Below are positions 14,211-23,580 of a DNA stretch of 64,000 nucleotides, piece after piece. The notes beneath the pieces were generated by a model that saw only the letters and a program-made list of their open reading frames with translations, was not told the origin of the DNA and searched no databases. A program made the position numbers and the translations under genes. Positions within the stretch are counted from its first letter, which is position 1, and every line of letters begins with the position of its first letter. Source of the stretch: Pseudomonadota bacterium (lineage in GTDB: Bacteria; Pseudomonadota; Gammaproteobacteria; Burkholderiales; Burkholderiaceae_D); NCBI GenBank assembly GCA_040389645.1, contig JAZJZT010000011.1:129532-193531 (forward strand), given 5' to 3'.

Positions 14211-14239
14211 ATACGCGCCTTCCGGGCGCGTATTTTTTT
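14211..14239 (+). terminator. Intrinsic terminator
   Basis: ATACGCGCC-TTCCG-GGCGCGTAT followed by a T-tract. Confidence 0.8.
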
Positions 14240-14337
14240 GCCAAATCATTTGACGCCTGTACTTGCATAAAGGATACTTTCCGCTGATTTTGCATAACCT
14301 TCCCGATCCTTAACAATGCCGTTGAACAGGAACCGAT

Positions 14338-14934
14338 ATGAGCAATATGTGGAGAAAAGACGCAAGCAACCAGATCACTCTGGGCAATTATGTGTACTTC
14401 TTTAAAAGCCCGGTGGCCGACATGACGGACTGCATGATCACCGCGCACGGTGGCCAGGTGGTCGGCACCGACTTCGACCTCCCCGGCGGCATGAGCTTGA
14501 ATTTTCTGGCGGCGTACGGCCAGTCTGCAACCCACAAGGATGGCCCGATCCGTTCCCCGCTCGGCACAGACCGCAATAGCGGCATCGACAGCCGTTACGC
14601 GGGACCACGCTCGACCTGCGACCAATTGCTGACGAAAGCGCTGGGCACGCACTGGAAGGTCGTCGCCAACCGGGATGGCGAGCAATATTACAAGTTCGTC
14701 GAAGCCACGATGAAATCCCACAAGGCCAGGGGCAACTGGACACCCCACTTCGTCTCCATTCGAAACAGGACATATCCCTTCTCGAACGATGCCATCTGGC
14801 TCAGCAAAGTCATCGAACTCGTCCACAACCATGACAAGAAGATTGTCAATTTTTATTCGGCAGCTTGCCGGGACCGGCTCGACAGCGACTTCCATTTGAT
14901 AGCAAAAGCGGGCCCACAAGGCGTCATCAAGTAA
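14338..14934 (+). CDS. Hypothetical protein with ITAHGG and AACR motifs (possibly 'putative adhesin Stv'-like or clan CD protease-like)
   Basis: AGGA RBS, coding-like codon use; His-Gly and Ala-Cys-Arg each follow a hydrophobic strand. Confidence 0.7.
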   Translation: MSNMWRKDASNQITLGNYVYFFKSPVADMTDCMITAHGGQVVGTDFDLPGGMSLNFLAAYGQSATHKDGPIRSPLGTDRNSGIDSRYAGPRSTCDQLLTKALGTHWKVVANRDGEQYYKFVEATMKSHKARGNWTPHFVSIRNRTYPFSNDAIWLSKVIELVHNHDKKIVNFYSAACRDRLDSDFHLIAKAGPQGVIK

Positions 14935-14949
14935 GCATTCCTTCGCCGC

Positions 14950-15414
14950 TCACGGCAACAGCCGCATCGGAATATACGCGATGCCATGCTGCTCGATGCG
15001 CGGCGCGCTGGCGGCAAAGCCGAAGCGTTCATACACCGGCACCGCGTAGGGCGAGGAATTGACGGTGAAGCCGGCCGTGTTGCCGGCCGCCAGCGCGGCG
15101 TCGCGCGCGGCGATCCACAATTGGCGGCCGATCCCTTGCCCATGCAGGGACGGCGCGACGAACAGGTGGAACAGGTGCATATTGTCGCGCAGCGCGACCA
15201 CGCCGGCCAGAGTACTGCCGGTCAATCCCACCATGTAGCGGTAATCCGGTTCCACGACATAACGTTCGATGGCGGCAACCGACAGGCTGTCGATGAAGCG
15301 CCCTGCCCCCGCGCCATCCGGCGTCAGCAGCATGTACGGCATCAATTCACCGATCAGCGCAGCGATCGCTGGCGCATCGGCGCGGCAGGCTTGGCGAAGT
15401 ATCAATGTTGTCAT
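14950..15414 (-). CDS. GNAT acetyltransferase
   Basis: HLFVAPSLHGQGIGRQL acetyl-CoA motif, VNSSPYAVPVYERFGF; start MTTLILR. Confidence 0.9.
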   Translation of the reverse strand: MTTLILRQACRADAPAIAALIGELMPYMLLTPDGAGAGRFIDSLSVAAIERYVVEPDYRYMVGLTGSTLAGVVALRDNMHLFHLFVAPSLHGQGIGRQLWIAARDAALAAGNTAGFTVNSSPYAVPVYERFGFAASAPRIEQHGIAYIPMRLLP

Positions 15415-15716
15415 GTACCAGATTTTAATGGACAGCGCCCACGCTCCAAGATCTGAATTGACACTTTTCCAGGGCAGCAATGCCGGCCAGCCTTGCGTGT
15501 TGCGCACCAAATTGCACGGCAACCAAATATTCATCGGCGGCATGGCCGAATTACTCGCTTAAACCGCCATTTATTAAGCAATGTAGCTTTCCTACACCAT
15601 TGTGGAACGCACACGGCAGCAAATAATGCGGTTGTGCAAAATTGTCACAACATAAAAGTAGTCATGGTTCTCCCTGAATCGTTTCGATTAGAATCGAACA
15701 ACTTTTCATTTGGGAG

Positions 15717-18122
15717 ATGCACGTGTTTTCAACATCCGTTTTACGCAAGGCCGTCCTGTTGAGCTTGTATGGCGGTAGCGCCGCGATGGCCACGATGGCC
15801 CCGGCCGCCTTTGCCCAATCGGCACCGGAAGCGAACAACGCGCCGATCCAGTCCGTCAGCGTGGTCGGTTCGCGCCGCGCCGCCAGCTCGGCCACCGACA
15901 CCGTGGTGCCAGTCGATGTGATCCCGATGAGCAAGGCTTCCGAACAGGGCGCGCAGTTCGACCTGTCGCAGACGCTGACGTATATCTCCCCTTCCTTCAA
16001 TTCCACCCGCCAGACCGGCGCCGACGGCGCCGACCTGGTCGACTCGGCCGCGCTGCGCGGACTCGGTTCGGACCAGACGCTGGTGCTGGTGAACGGCAAG
16101 CGCCGCCACACGACGGCGCTGGTCAACCTGTTCGGCGCGCGCAACCGCGGCAATACCGGCACCGACATGAATGCGATCCCGCTGCTGGCGATCAAGGATG
16201 TGCAAGTGCTGCGCGATGGCGCCGCCGCCCAGTACGGCTCCGACGCGATCGCCGGCGTGATGGATATCGGCCTGAAAAAGAGCCTGGGCTGCGAAGCGGT
16301 CGGCGGCTACAGCCAATACTCGGCCGGCGACGGCAAGAATTACCTGGCCTCGGCCTATTGCGGCGTGGCGCTGGCCGGCGGCGTGGTCGGCATCACCGGA
16401 GAATACCTGGGCCGCGGCCGCTCGAACCGCGCCGACGCCGACAGCCCGCGCATCATCGGCGACACCAAGGCCGAGAACAAGACCCTGTACGTGAACGGCG
16501 AAATACCGACGATGGCCGACGCCCGCCTGTACTTCACGGCCGGCGCGCAGACCCGCAGCGCATCGAGCGCCGCCTTCGCGCGCGGCGGCATCGGTTCCGA
16601 CGATATCCCGTCGCGCAATTCGGCCGCCATGTACCCGGGCGGTTTTGTCCCGTTCATCAACGGCGACATCGACGACCATTATGCGACCATCGGCCACCGC
16701 AGCCGCATCGGCGAATGGAATGCGGACTTTTCGCAAACCTATGGCTACAACAAGATGATGTACAACATCAGCAACACGCTGAACGCATCGATCGCCAACG
16801 CCGACCTGCTCAAGGGCGGCAAGGGTATCAGCCCGAACAGCTTCGACGCCGGCGGCTTCTCGTTCCGCCAGTTGACCAGCAACGCCGACTTCAACCGTTT
16901 TTATGACAATATCCTGAGCGGCCTGAATCTCGCGTTCGGCGCCGAATACCGCAGCGAACAATACAAGATTTTTGCCGGCGAACCCGGTTCGTACAGCGAC
17001 GCCGACGGCGTCGGCAACGGCGGCAACGCCGGCAGTCAGGGCTTTCCGGGCTTCCAGCCGGGCGACCGCACCAATGCGAAACGCCACAGCAGCGCCGCCT
17101 ACTTCGACGTCGAAGCGGACTTGACGACGCGCGTCAAGGTACAAGGCGCCGTGCGTTTCGAAAAATACAGCGACTTCGGTTCGACCACGACCGGCAAGCT
17201 GGCCGGCAGCTTCCGCGCCGCCGACGGCGTGCTGCTGCGCGGTTCCGCCAGCACCGGCTTCCGCGCACCGTCCTTGCAGCAAGTGTATTTCTCGTCGACC
17301 TTCACCGACTTCATCGGCGGCGTGCCGACCGACGTGGTGCTGGCGCCGAACGGCGGCACCGTCGCCAACGCGGCCGGCATCCCGAAACTGAAGGAAGAAA
17401 AATCGAAGAGTTTTACGCTGGGCGCGACCTGGACGCCGACGCAATCGGTATCCGTCACGGCCGACCTGTATGACATCAAGATCAAGGACCGCATCGTGCT
17501 GTCGGGCCGCTTCAATGCCGACAACTACCCGGAACTGGCCGACCGCCTGGCCAAGCTCGGCGTCGGCGAAGCGCAATTCTTCGTCAATTCCGTCGACACC
17601 AAGACCACCGGCCTGGATTTGACCGCGTCGCACAAGACGACGTTGGGCGGCAACAAGCTGACGACCTTCCTGGCGATGAACTTCGGCAAGACCGAAGTGA
17701 CCGGCATCCATGCGCCGGCGTCACTGAAAGGTTTTGAAGATGTGCTGCTGTCCGAGCGCGAGCGCCTGTTCATCGAACAGGGCGGCCCGCGCCGCAAGGC
17801 CACGCTGGGCTTCGACTACGTGACCGGCCCGCTGGAAACGGATCTGAAAATCATCCATTTCGGTCCGCAGACGCTGGGCACCTTCAGCGGCACCGCCGCC
17901 GGCGTGCCGAACGCGCACTACGAAGCGAAGACTTCGGCCGACCTGAGTTTTACGTACAGCATCAACAAGAACACCAAGTTCACATTCGGCGGCGCCAACC
18001 TGTTCAACGCCAAACCAACCACGCAGAACGCCGACGAAACCGACAACGGTTTCAAGTACGACAGCGTGCAGTTCGGCCTGAACGGCACGTCATACTTCGG
18101 CCGTCTGTGGGTCAAGTTCTAA
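15717..18122 (+). CDS. TonB-dependent receptor, substrate unknown
   Basis: Signal peptide, VSVVGSR, LRGLGSDQTLVLVNGKR, DGAAAQYGSDAIAGV, GFRAPSL, terminal F. Confidence 0.95.
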   Translation: MHVFSTSVLRKAVLLSLYGGSAAMATMAPAAFAQSAPEANNAPIQSVSVVGSRRAASSATDTVVPVDVIPMSKASEQGAQFDLSQTLTYISPSFNSTRQTGADGADLVDSAALRGLGSDQTLVLVNGKRRHTTALVNLFGARNRGNTGTDMNAIPLLAIKDVQVLRDGAAAQYGSDAIAGVMDIGLKKSLGCEAVGGYSQYSAGDGKNYLASAYCGVALAGGVVGITGEYLGRGRSNRADADSPRIIGDTKAENKTLYVNGEIPTMADARLYFTAGAQTRSASSAAFARGGIGSDDIPSRNSAAMYPGGFVPFINGDIDDHYATIGHRSRIGEWNADFSQTYGYNKMMYNISNTLNASIANADLLKGGKGISPNSFDAGGFSFRQLTSNADFNRFYDNILSGLNLAFGAEYRSEQYKIFAGEPGSYSDADGVGNGGNAGSQGFPGFQPGDRTNAKRHSSAAYFDVEADLTTRVKVQGAVRFEKYSDFGSTTTGKLAGSFRAADGVLLRGSASTGFRAPSLQQVYFSSTFTDFIGGVPTDVVLAPNGGTVANAAGIPKLKEEKSKSFTLGATWTPTQSVSVTADLYDIKIKDRIVLSGRFNADNYPELADRLAKLGVGEAQFFVNSVDTKTTGLDLTASHKTTLGGNKLTTFLAMNFGKTEVTGIHAPASLKGFEDVLLSERERLFIEQGGPRRKATLGFDYVTGPLETDLKIIHFGPQTLGTFSGTAAGVPNAHYEAKTSADLSFTYSINKNTKFTFGGANLFNAKPTTQNADETDNGFKYDSVQFGLNGTSYFGRLWVKF

Positions 18123-18150
18123 GCTGACGCCGCCACTGGCGGCTGTCTTC

Positions 18151-18187
18151 ACGGCGCCCGGCACAGCGATGTGCCGGGCGCCGTTTT
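18151..18187 (+). terminator. Intrinsic terminator between convergent genes
   Basis: ACGGCGCCCGGCACA-GCGA-TGTGCCGGGCGCCGT followed by TTT. Confidence 0.8.
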
Positions 18188-18213
18188 CATTGGAAAAGGC
18201 CAACGGCGCCTTT

Positions 18214-19311
18214 TTAGAAGACGTGCTTGATGCCCAGCGTGAACGCGCTGGCGCTGGCGTTCGGCGCCGCCGCGGGGCCGCCCGACAAGGGGTTGATGGC
18301 CACCGCACCGCTATTGCTGCGATTGATGAACAGGTTCAGCGCCGTGCGCACCGACAGCGCATAGTTCGCGTTCAGCACCAGCAGTTTACTGGTCGTGCCT
18401 TTCAGGTTTTCCTTCATCCGGTAGAACTGCGCGGCCAGCGTCAGCGGGCCGTTGATGTTGTAGTTGCCACCCACCGTCAACATGTTGGAGTCGCGCCACG
18501 GCAGACCCAACGCCGTCACACCCGTACCGGGATTGACGACGCGCGTGGCGCCGCCGGTCAGCTTGTACTTGTAGCCCGGCGCGACGTAGGACGCCATCAG
18601 CGCATCCCAGCGCACATGGTGTCCCGTCTTGTCGTTGTCGCGCTGCGAGCCGCCCACCACCCTGAAACCGCCTTCCTGCCAGGTCAGCGCGCCGCCCAGA
18701 TTGGAGCCCGCCCGGCTGTCACCCGCCTGTTCGCCCGGTGCGTAATTGATCTGCGCCGAAAAGCCGTTATACACCGCGCTCTCCACTTTGATCTGGTTGC
18801 TGTTCCAGTAGTCATTCGACAGGCCCTGGGGTGAAGTGGCGACCACCATGCCGGTGTTGGGACCGCTGGGGATGGCGTTTCCGTTCAAGAGCGCGAACAC
18901 AGCCGAAGTCAGATTGCGGCCGACGGTGATACGACCCAGATTGTTTTTCAAACCGACGTAGGTCGACAAATCATAAGTGCTGGCCGTGCCGGCGTTGGCG
19001 CCGCTGAAAGCGGTGCCGCCGCCGACGCCGGTATCGCCCGAAATCCGCGATTCGATATTGAAAATGGCTTGCAGGCCGCCGCCCAGGTCTTCGACGCCGC
19101 GAAAGCCCAGCAGCGAGGTGCTGGTCGCGCTGGGCGACATGACGACCACATGCGAACCGGCGGCGCTGCCGGTGCGGATGCTGCTCACGTTCAGGTCGAA
19201 GATGCCGTACACGCTGACGGAGGACTGCGACGAGGTTTGGGCTTGGGCCGTCCCGGTGGCGTTAATACCCAGTACCGCCAGCAGCGCTGACGTGAGGATG
19301 CGGATGTTCAT
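18214..19311 (-). CDS. Betaproteobacterial-type trimeric porin
   Basis: Signal peptide, SVSVYGIFD, GFRGVEDLGGGL, YALSVRT, GIKHVF; AAGGAG RBS. Confidence 0.9.
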   Translation of the reverse strand: MNIRILTSALLAVLGINATGTAQAQTSSQSSVSVYGIFDLNVSSIRTGSAAGSHVVVMSPSATSTSLLGFRGVEDLGGGLQAIFNIESRISGDTGVGGGTAFSGANAGTASTYDLSTYVGLKNNLGRITVGRNLTSAVFALLNGNAIPSGPNTGMVVATSPQGLSNDYWNSNQIKVESAVYNGFSAQINYAPGEQAGDSRAGSNLGGALTWQEGGFRVVGGSQRDNDKTGHHVRWDALMASYVAPGYKYKLTGGATRVVNPGTGVTALGLPWRDSNMLTVGGNYNINGPLTLAAQFYRMKENLKGTTSKLLVLNANYALSVRTALNLFINRSNSGAVAINPLSGGPAAAPNASASAFTLGIKHVF

Positions 19312-19641
19312 GCTAGTTGTCTCCTTCATTATTGATATAAGGGCCGGCGGCGCGTTGCAGCGTCATCGGCCTGCTTAAATCTTGTTGTTGTTAGGAGTTG
19401 GTTTCAAGGTATTCCGGGTTCGCGACCTGATATCACGGATGTGTTTTTGCGCGGCACTGGGGATGATCCAAGACGGATATAAACGAAGGCAGGAATGAAA
19501 ATCACATTGATGATAATCGTTCGGCCCGAGTGCGATCGATTGTCTCGAAGAGGGTGAACTGAAATGATCGGTGAACAGGATCTTGAGTCCGCAGACTGGC
19601 GCTTGTTTTTACACACCCGAGAAATTGAAAGAGATGCAGAG

Positions 19642-21294
19642 ATGAATAAATTCTGGCTTGAATCGTATCCACCGGATGTGCCCGCCGAAATCGATCCAGG
19701 GCAATACCGCTCCCTGGTGCATTTGCTGGAAAACGCGTTTACGGAATTCTCACAACGCACCGCCTATGTCTGCAAGGACGATAGCCTGACTTACCAACAG
19801 ATTGACCTATGGTCGAGAGACCTGGCCGCCTGGCTGCAGGCACGGGCGTTGAAGAAAGGCGCGCGGGTGGCGGTGATGCTGCCGAACCTGCTTCAGTTTC
19901 CGATCGCGACGGCTGCGATCTTGCGGGCCGGCTGCATCGTCGTCAATATCAATCCGCTGTACACGCCAAGAGAACTGGAACACCAGCTCAACGACTGTGG
20001 CGCGGAAGTGATCATCGTGCTGTCGCATTACGCGCCGACACTTGAACAGGTCGCCGCCAGGACCGCACTGCGGCATGTGGTCTTTATCGGACTTCAAGAA
20101 CGGATCGGCATCGATGCGGCAGAAGCCGAAATTGCAGCGCCCTCCCCGCTCCATGCCACGAGTTTCAACCGGGCGTTGAGCGAGGGGGCGGGCTTGACGA
20201 TGCAAGAGGTCGAACTGGCGCACGAGGACGTCGCCTTTCTGCAATATACCGGTGGCACAACGGGCGTCTCGAAGGGCGCCATGCTCACCCATCGAAACAT
20301 GCTGGCGGCGGTGCTGCAAAGCGAAGCATGGTTGCTGCCGGCGTTCGAGCGGGCACCCCGGATCGACAGTCCGGTCTTTGTTTGTGCGCTGCCGCTGTAC
20401 CATATCTTCGCGCTGACGGGATGCTGTCTGCTGAGTACGAAAATCGGCGGAACGAATATCCTGATCACGAATCCGCGCGACATGCCGGCATTCGTCGCAG
20501 AACTGGCCAGGCACAAGTTCAATGTTTTACCGGGCGTAAACACCATGTACAACGGTCTGATGAACACGCCTTCGTTCGCCGAACTGGATTTTTCATCGCT
20601 ACGCCTGTGTAACGCCGGCGGCACGGCGGTGCAACTGGCGATTGCGCAACGCTGGCACAAGATGACGGGAACGCTGATTGTCGAAGGCTACGGCCTGTCC
20701 GAGACGTCCCCGGGAGCGACCGCCAATCCGGTCGACACAATGGAGTTTTCCGGCACCATCGGCTTGCCCATCCCATCGACTGAGATCGCCATTCTCGACG
20801 ATCAGGGCTTGCCCGTGCCTGTCGGGCAAGCCGGAGAAATCGCGATCCGTGGCCCACAATTGATGGCCGGCTATTGGGGGCGTCCGGATGAGACAGAAAA
20901 GGCCATGACGGCGGATGGCTTCTTCAAGTCTGGTGACATCGGGATCATCGACGCACGCGGTTACGTCCGGATCATCGATCGAAAAAAGGACATGATTCTG
21001 GTTTCCGGCTTCAATGTCTATCCAAACGAAATCGAAGGCGTGGTCGCGACGCTACCCGGCGTGCTGGAATGCGCTTGTGTCGGCGTCGCCGATGAGGTTT
21101 CAGGAGAGGCGGTGAAACTGTTTGTCGTGCGCAGGGACCCGGCCCTGAGTGCACAGCAAATCAGGGAGTACTGCCGCGAACAGTTGACTGCTTATAAAAA
21201 TCCGAAACACATCGCATTTCTGGATGAATTGCCCAAGACACCGGTCGGCAAGATTCTCCGTCGCGAGTTGCGCGATAAAAAAGAGCCGGCTTGA
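19642..21294 (+). CDS. fadD: Long-chain fatty acid-CoA ligase (FadD family)
   Basis: WLESYP, LQYTGGTTGVSKGA, EGYGLSE, RKKDMILVSGFNVYPNEIE, GKILRR. Confidence 0.9.
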   Translation: MNKFWLESYPPDVPAEIDPGQYRSLVHLLENAFTEFSQRTAYVCKDDSLTYQQIDLWSRDLAAWLQARALKKGARVAVMLPNLLQFPIATAAILRAGCIVVNINPLYTPRELEHQLNDCGAEVIIVLSHYAPTLEQVAARTALRHVVFIGLQERIGIDAAEAEIAAPSPLHATSFNRALSEGAGLTMQEVELAHEDVAFLQYTGGTTGVSKGAMLTHRNMLAAVLQSEAWLLPAFERAPRIDSPVFVCALPLYHIFALTGCCLLSTKIGGTNILITNPRDMPAFVAELARHKFNVLPGVNTMYNGLMNTPSFAELDFSSLRLCNAGGTAVQLAIAQRWHKMTGTLIVEGYGLSETSPGATANPVDTMEFSGTIGLPIPSTEIAILDDQGLPVPVGQAGEIAIRGPQLMAGYWGRPDETEKAMTADGFFKSGDIGIIDARGYVRIIDRKKDMILVSGFNVYPNEIEGVVATLPGVLECACVGVADEVSGEAVKLFVVRRDPALSAQQIREYCREQLTAYKNPKHIAFLDELPKTPVGKILRRELRDKKEPA

Positions 21295-21353
21295 ATTGCC
21301 AGTCCATCCGCGGCCCTGCCGATTCGATAAATTACCGATAATAAGCATTGCAA

Positions 21354-22205
21354 ATGAGCGACAACAATGTATTCAATACGGAGGAAATCCTCCGGCTGCT
21401 GCAACTTGAAGCAAGCGGCGACGACCGTTTTCTGGGTGCCAGCCACTTCATGGGCAGTCCGGCCGTTTTCGGCGGGCAGATGCTTGGACAGGCTTTGTAT
21501 GCGGCGGCGCAAAGCGTTGAAGGTCGCGTACCGGCGTCTCTTCACGCCATGTTCATATCGCCCGGCGATTACACGCTGCCGATTGAATATCATGTCGAAC
21601 GCTTGCGCGATGGCGGCACATTCAGTACCCGGCGCGTTGTTGCCTATCAGGGAAAGCGCCATATCTTCAACGCCTCGATTTCCTTTCAACTAGAGGAAAC
21701 CAGTCCATCTCATCAGCACACGATGCCTGCCGTCGCCGCGCCAGAACAGATGCAGCCGCACTCGCCGCACTGGAGATATCGTCCCGGAGATGAAGGTGAC
21801 TTAAAACATGCGGCGCCGGTCGATTTTCGCTGCGATGCCGCCAGCGGTATCGGCATGCCCTACACGCTGGCGCCGCAACAGGCGATCTGGGCACGCACCC
21901 CGATCGCGCTTGCGGATGATCGCCTGACGCATGAAACCTTGCTGGCCTATATTTCCGACTACGGCTTGATGTGGACCGCGCTCAAACCGTACGGCGTCGA
22001 CCCTTATGGTTCCAATCTGCAGGCCGCGAGCCTGGATCATACGATCTGGTTTCACCGGCCATTTCGCTTGGACGACTGGCTGCTGTTTGCAATGGAAAGC
22101 CCGACGGCGTCCGGCGGACGCGGGCTGAATCTCGCACACGTCTATGACAAGGCGGGGCGGATGGTGGCGACCATTGCCCAGGAAGCGTTGATGAGAATCA
22201 GATAA
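21354..22205 (+). CDS. tesB: Acyl-CoA thioesterase II (TesB family)
   Basis: VFGGQMLGQAL, SLH, LRDGGTFSTRRV, YISD, ASLDHTIWFH, AQE. Confidence 0.9.
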   Translation: MSDNNVFNTEEILRLLQLEASGDDRFLGASHFMGSPAVFGGQMLGQALYAAAQSVEGRVPASLHAMFISPGDYTLPIEYHVERLRDGGTFSTRRVVAYQGKRHIFNASISFQLEETSPSHQHTMPAVAAPEQMQPHSPHWRYRPGDEGDLKHAAPVDFRCDAASGIGMPYTLAPQQAIWARTPIALADDRLTHETLLAYISDYGLMWTALKPYGVDPYGSNLQAASLDHTIWFHRPFRLDDWLLFAMESPTASGGRGLNLAHVYDKAGRMVATIAQEALMRIR

Positions 22206-22219
22206 TCCGGGCCAGGCCT

Positions 22220-22378
22220 TAATGCCGTTAAGTTAAGCCACAGACCGTAGTGTTGTCATTCCGCATCGGCGAACCGCCGCGAAAGCGGGAACCCCATCTT
22301 TTTGCGCCGTTTGCGACTCTAAAATGGGATTCCCGCCTGCGCGGGAATGACAGATTTGGCGCTAACTTAACGGCATTA
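22220..22378. mobile_element. IS4-ended REP-doublet MITE, copy B
   Basis: Perfect 16-bp TIR TAATGCCGTTAAGTTA/TAACTTAACGGCATTA; flanks GGGCCAGGCCT/GGACCAGGCCT (10/11). Confidence 0.88.
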
Positions 22379-22405
22379 GGACCAGGCCTGGTTTCCTGAA
22401 ACCGC

Positions 22406-23548
22406 TCACAAGCCGGCCAGCTCCGCCCCCATGTTGGCGATCGCCTGCGCATTGTATTGTTCGGCAAAATAAGCGTCGGCGAACAGCGTGCCGGCTTCGG
22501 CTTTCTGGCGCAGGTAGGCGAGTACCTGGCCGCGCTGGCTGGCGTAGCGGGTATCGGGCACGTGGCCGTATTCGGCGCGGATGCCGCGCGCGTAGTGCTG
22601 GTAGACGTCGTCGTCCTGGCCCAGGATCGCCAGGTCCACGCTGAGCATGGTGTCCTTCAGCGGGTGCTGCACGGTGGCGCTCTGGAAGTGGTCGGTCGTG
22701 CGGATCAGCGCGGCGACGTCTTCTCCGATGCCGGCGCTGTCACCGAGGCCGCTGGATAACCATAGTTGCGCGCTGGCTTCCTCGTTCGACACCATGCCGA
22801 CCGTGTGCTCGTAATGGGCGTCGTGGAACCAGAAGGCGGCGCGCACGATATTCGTGGCGCGCCGGCCCGGCGCCACGTTGGCGCTCCAGCTGCGGATCTC
22901 GGCCAGGCCGTGCACCAGGTGGTCGAGGTTGTGGTAATGGCGCCCGCTGCCGCCGTAGGCGCCGGGGCCGGTCAGGCGCTCGAACCAGTGGTCGGCATTG
23001 ACCAGCGTCGCCGCGTCGGCGCCGGCATACTGCCACAGCGCTTCCCATTCCTTGCGCAGCCAGTTCATGATCCACGCGTGGTAGGCCGGCGGCGGGACGA
23101 ATTTTTTCATCGTCCAGTTCCAGCCGACCGGCCCTTCGAGCGCTTTGACAAAACTCGAACTGACGGAACCGAGGTCGCGCGGCGGCATCACGAAGATGGT
23201 CTTGGCGCCGCCGATGACGTCGACATTGGTTTGCTGGATCAGATTTTCGTAATCGAAATCGGCGGTGGTGCGGATGCCGCGGATCAGGTAGTCGGCGCCG
23301 TGCTTTTTCGCCACGCGCGCCGTGTAATCGCTCTTGACGATCTGCACCTGCACATTGTCCCAGCCGCGCTCGGCGCAACTGAGCGCGATGATGTCGCGGC
23401 GCTGCTCGGCGCTGAATTTCGGCTGCTTGGTCGAATTTTCAGACAGGAACACGATCACTTCGTCGGCGATCGAACGGGCTTCGCCGATCACCCACATGTG
23501 GCCATTGGTGATCGGGTCCAGCGTCCCCGAGAATCCGATTTTCTTCAT
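22406..23548 (-). CDS. CoaD-like (PPAT) nucleotidyltransferase fused to an HD-superfamily phosphohydrolase
   Basis: N-terminus GTLDPITNGH, LIRGIR...DFDYE, VSSSFVK; C-terminus HYHNLDH, FWFHD, NEEASA, DLAILG, IRAEY. Confidence 0.85.
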   Translation of the reverse strand: MKKIGFSGTLDPITNGHMWVIGEARSIADEVIVFLSENSTKQPKFSAEQRRDIIALSCAERGWDNVQVQIVKSDYTARVAKKHGADYLIRGIRTTADFDYENLIQQTNVDVIGGAKTIFVMPPRDLGSVSSSFVKALEGPVGWNWTMKKFVPPPAYHAWIMNWLRKEWEALWQYAGADAATLVNADHWFERLTGPGAYGGSGRHYHNLDHLVHGLAEIRSWSANVAPGRRATNIVRAAFWFHDAHYEHTVGMVSNEEASAQLWLSSGLGDSAGIGEDVAALIRTTDHFQSATVQHPLKDTMLSVDLAILGQDDDVYQHYARGIRAEYGHVPDTRYASQRGQVLAYLRQKAEAGTLFADAYFAEQYNAQAIANMGAELAGL

Positions 23549-23580
23549 GCCCGCTCCGCAGTTCTGTCAAAAATGACATT

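Noticed and set aside
15642-15665. Pho box upstream of the second TonB-dependent receptor
   Set aside because: GTCAC and GTCAT are 17 bp apart rather than 11 or 22.
19505-19525. Fur-box-like ATGATAATCGTT between porin and fadD
   Set aside because: Only about 12/19 to consensus, not palindromic, and in AT-rich DNA.
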